Below, piece after piece: positions 59,926 to 64,000 of a DNA stretch of 64,000 nucleotides. The stretch covers positions 1 to 64,000 of the forward strand of contig NW_021833073.1 of assembly GCF_006345805.1 (NCBI RefSeq). Reading direction: 5' to 3'. A model generated the notes under the pieces. That model worked only from the letters and a program-made list of their open reading frames with translations. It ran no database searches and was not told where the DNA came from. The position numbers were made by a program, and so were the translations under genes. Each line of letters opens with the position of its first letter. Positions within the stretch are counted from its first letter, which is position 1. The stretch comes from Octopus sinensis (lineage: Eukaryota).

Positions 59926-62400
59926 ATGGAATTTACAGGTAAGATAGAACCGCTGTTTTGGGATTCATCTTTGAAAGATATTCCTATTCCTTCTAGAAAG
60001 GAATTTATTTTGAAACTTGTTAATAATGTTAAAGATTTTATTTCTAGAATTAAATGGAAAGCTTTTTACTATAATTTTTATTTATTTAATGATAATGATA
60101 GTAGGAATGATAATTTTACCTCTAAATTTAAATCTAGAAAGGAACCTCCATTTAATAAAGAATTACAATTACTAGAAGATAGTATATGGAAGGTGGTAAA
60201 AAATATTGAATTCCATAAATACCCAATAGAAATAATGAATATTTAAGGAATTTAGCATTAAAATTAAAGATATGAGAAATATGGATGGTATTATAGTACA
60301 ATCTGATAAAACTAGGAATCAATATAATTAGATGTTAAATTATATGATAAAAACTATTAGGGAAAGAAATAATTAAAAAATATAAAATTGTTCCAGATGA
60401 TATTCTTTATAATATTAATAAGGCCTCTAAATTAGTAATGTTAAAATATGAGTTGGATAATAAAACTGAACCTTATGTACCTTTGCACCCCAGAATTACT
60501 CTTAAAGACTATAAAGATAATTTTTATTCAGACCCTAAAGTTAGATTAATTTGCCCATGTAAATCTGACCTAGGTAATTAAGTAAATTTATTTTAGATAA
60601 ATATATCAATAAGTTAAATAAACTTAATTATTAAAATTATGGTTTAGTAATAACAATACATTGAAATGGTTTAATAATATTAAAGATAAAAATCGTTATA
60701 AACTTATTCAAATAGATATAGATAATTATTATTCTTCTATTAATGAAATTGTGTTTAATAAAGCGCTTATTTTCGCAATGAATAAAGTGGGTATGTCACT
60801 TGAAGAAGTTAATGTAATTAAAATGGCTAGGAAATCGCTCATTAAATATAAAAATAAATTATGGGCTAGGAATGATACCAGAGATTGTTTTGATATACCT
60901 ATGGGAGCACCAGATTCTGCACAAGCTACTGATTTAGTAGGTATTTTTCTTTTATCTGAACTCCAATTAGAAAATCTTAAGATAGAGGGTGGCTTATATA
61001 GAGACGATCTTCTACTACTTACAAAGAATTGTACTAATAGGAATCTAGAAGTATATAAGCAAAAACTATATAGTTTCTTTAAAAGATATGGTTTAAGTAT
61101 TACTATATATAAGGAGAATTATAATGTTAATTATTAGATGTTAATTTTAATCTAATTACTTAAGGTAAAACACAACCATATCATAAACTTAATGAGAACC
61201 TTAGATATATAAATGTTAATAGTAATCACCCATTTTCTATTAAAAAATCGTTGATTAATAATATAAGTAAACGTATTTCATTACTCTCTTATGATATAGA
61301 GATTTTTATAAACATGCTAATTATTATAATGAGGCCCTTAGAGGGGCAGGTTATAATAGGGATATTAAATTTTATAATATTAGTGATAAAGATTTAAAAG
61401 ATAATTTTCGAGATACTTATAATAATAATTATAATTTTGTTAGTTTTAGTGGTAAAAATAATAGATATTATAAATATAATAATAATAATAAAAATGATAA
61501 AAATAAAAAAGAATAAAAATAATAATAATATAATACAAATAAGAATAATAAAAATAAAAATAATTTAATAATATTATAATAATTATATTGATAAAATTAA
61601 TAATATTAATAATTCCTTAAATGCTGTACATAGATATAATTCTGATAATAATTTTAATAAAATAAAGAATTATAAATATATTTATAATAATGACAATAAT
61701 AATAAGGTTAATAAGAATAAAATTTGGTTAATAGTTCCTTATGGAGATCAAGTAAAAACGAATATTATCAAAGAGATTTTAGATGTTATAGAACTATTTA
61801 TTAGAGATAATCGTAAATATAGAAACATTTTCTCTAGTAATAATTTTGGAGTAGGTTATTCCACCACTAATAATGTAGGTAACATTATTTCTTCATTTAA
61901 TAAATTTAAACTGAATAATTTTTATAAAAAGAAATTATTTGATAATAATAATAATAATGATAAGACTTATATTAATTGTACTTGTAGGGATAAGTCTAAT
62001 TGTATATTAAATAATAATTGTGATATTAACGATTTAGTGTATAAATGTATGTTACATTACATGATAATAACTTTAAGAATAATAATTACCCAAAAGCGGT
62101 TTATATAGGGTCTCTACTCCTCAAAATAAAATTAAGAATCGCACAACGTATGAATTCTTTTAAAAATAAAAACTTAATCAACTCAACTGGACTTAGTAAG
62201 TACATTTGGAGACTTAAATCACAAAATATTAATTATAGTTTAATTTGGGAATAATTTGTAAAACTAAATCATATACTATAGGAGCTAATTGTTGTTATTT
62301 ATGCTCTAATGAGTTTAAAGAAATTTTATTTTATAAGTATGATAATTTACTTAATACAGGTGAAGAGCGCAAAATAAAATGCAGACATAGGTTACTTTAC
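59926..62400 (+). mobile_element. Penelope-like element PLE4, full-length ORF region, degenerate
   Basis: SSLKDIPIPSRKEF...RIKWKAF; FDIPMGAPDSAQATDLVG; GGLYRDD (YRDD at 60997-61008); WLIVPYG...GYSTTNN; CTCR....C..N..C...LVYKC...YIG; CYLC; CRH. Confidence 0.9.
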
Positions 62401-64000
62401 TATATATAATAAGTTCATGATAAATAACAATAATAGTTCCCTATTAAACGTTACTTTAGTTTAATATAAATTTAGTTTTAGTATTATATATATTTAGTTA
62501 TGTAGTCTAGGCTTTAATTATAGTTAGTCTTTAATTGATATTTCTTTGTTTTAATTAGTTCATTTTTAATGTATATTATATATAACAATTTATGGTACGT
62601 TAAAACTTTAATAATTTTATATAGATTTATTTTATTTTCTTTACTTATTTATTTTATTTTTTTTATTATGTATTTTTATTATGTATATGTTATATGTATA
62701 TTTGAGGATATATTCTTATGTATGATTGGGTGTATTTAGTGGTGTATATATTGAGTTTTGTATGTATGTGTGAATGTTTACGATCCCTTTGTATTTTATT
62801 TGGTATGTTGAATTGACAGTTTTTATTGGGTATTGTCTGTTATAATACACGCTTATATAGATATTTGGGAGATTTGTCCGTGAATATGTAGGTATGGGTG
62901 TGTATACATGTGTGCGTGTGTACAAGTGCAAGTGTAGATGCGGGAGTGTATGAGTGCTATGTAATTGAGTGGGATTATTTATGCACTTGTATACATGAAT
63001 TTTTGAATGTGCGTGTGTTTGCACCCGTCTGCGTGTACACACTCATATATAAATATAAATATATTAATATTTATTTACTTTTTTGAAAGATTGTTTCTTA
63101 TATATATGTGTATGTGATGTTATGTGTGAATGTATATATATATATATATATATATATTTTATATATATATGTTTATGTTTGTATATGTATTTATTTAATA
63201 ATTTATTGAGTGTGGGAATGAATATATTGGTGTATATATCGAGGTTTGTACGTTTGTATATGTTTGTGAGAGTGTGTATATGGTTATGTTTGTGGGTGTG
63301 TGTATATATGTGTGTGTATTTGTGTGTATTGTTTTTGGTAAGGGGTTTTTATTTTATGTATGGATTTCATTTATCATGATTATTTTATTTAGAATTTTTA
63401 GTTTTTTAGTCCCCATGCATTATGGCTTGGTTTGTTCTCATGGTAGTTTTTTTATTGGGTATTGTCTTGTAGCCATTTATACGTATATTTGGATGTCTAG
63501 GAGAGTGTCCGTGAATATGTATGTTGCATGGGTGTGTGTGAATGTGTGCGCGTGTATAAGTGCATGTGTAGATGTGGGAGTGCATGGTGCTAGTAAAAGT
63601 GTGTGCTTGTGTATGCACTTGTATACATGCATGATTGATGTGCGTGAGATTGCACCCATTTTTAAGGATGTTATGTTTTATTTATCTGTATGGGTGGTGG
63701 GAGTGAATTTTGGTGTATATATCGAGGTTTATACGTATGTATATGTATGTGTGAGTGAGGTGGGTATTGTATATGTCGTGGGTTGTGTGGTTTACGTGTT
63801 GTGATTTGTGTGTGAATGTATAGGTTAGGGGGATTGCTATATAGGTATGTTATAGAGTTTAGTAAAGGGAGGTTTTATCATTATATGTATTTATGAGCTT
63901 TAGTTTATCATGGTAGTTTTATTAAAGAATTTGTAATAATTTATGTCTATTTATGATGTTTGTTATTTTATTACATTATTCCATTCATAATTTTTAAGTA
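62400..64000 (+). repeat. GT-rich degenerate 3' region / pseudo-LTR of PLE4
   Basis: ggtgtatatatcgag.tt..ta.gt.tgtatatgt.tgtg at 59212, 63230 and 63712. Confidence 0.65.

Noticed and set aside
51540-62400. Selenocysteine (in-frame TGA at conserved Cys), as reported for some Naiad-clade PLEs
   Set aside because: The conserved Cys positions read in the PLE3 and PLE4 endonuclease regions are TGT/TGC; no TGA was seen.

Overview
AT-rich eukaryotic DNA full of microsatellites and almost entirely transposon-derived. The SINE families and (TA)n/(TAA)n/(GATA)n load suggest a cephalopod such as an octopus (inference). The only recognisable host-type gene is an uninterrupted 278-aa caspase-3/7-like ORF (7725-8561, minus) that lacks the catalytic QACRG cysteine. 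The window also holds five Penelope-like elements (PLEs) plus a fragment, whose terminal repeats carry about eight recognisable minimal hammerhead ribozymes, several in inverted or tandem pairs. Other contents: a head-to-tail stack of R4/Dong-like REL retrotransposons anchored in (TAA)n; a Tc1 element; a Merlin/IS1595-like transposase remnant; hAT and Tigger-like MITEs; and many tRNA-derived SINEs. The best candidate for a new system is a Tx1-like LINE family. It appears as an ORF2 copy inside (GATA)n, an internally deleted ORF1/ORF2 fusion, and two divergent ORF1-only (HAL1-like) retroposons. One ORF1-only copy has a perfect 15-bp TSD, and its empty site is preserved in an inverted paralogous segment. 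This family and a SINE sharing its 3' tail repeatedly hit the same site inside another SINE. All alignments were done by eye, so boundaries are approximate unless a motif is quoted. Scattered 1-bp indels may be sequencing errors.
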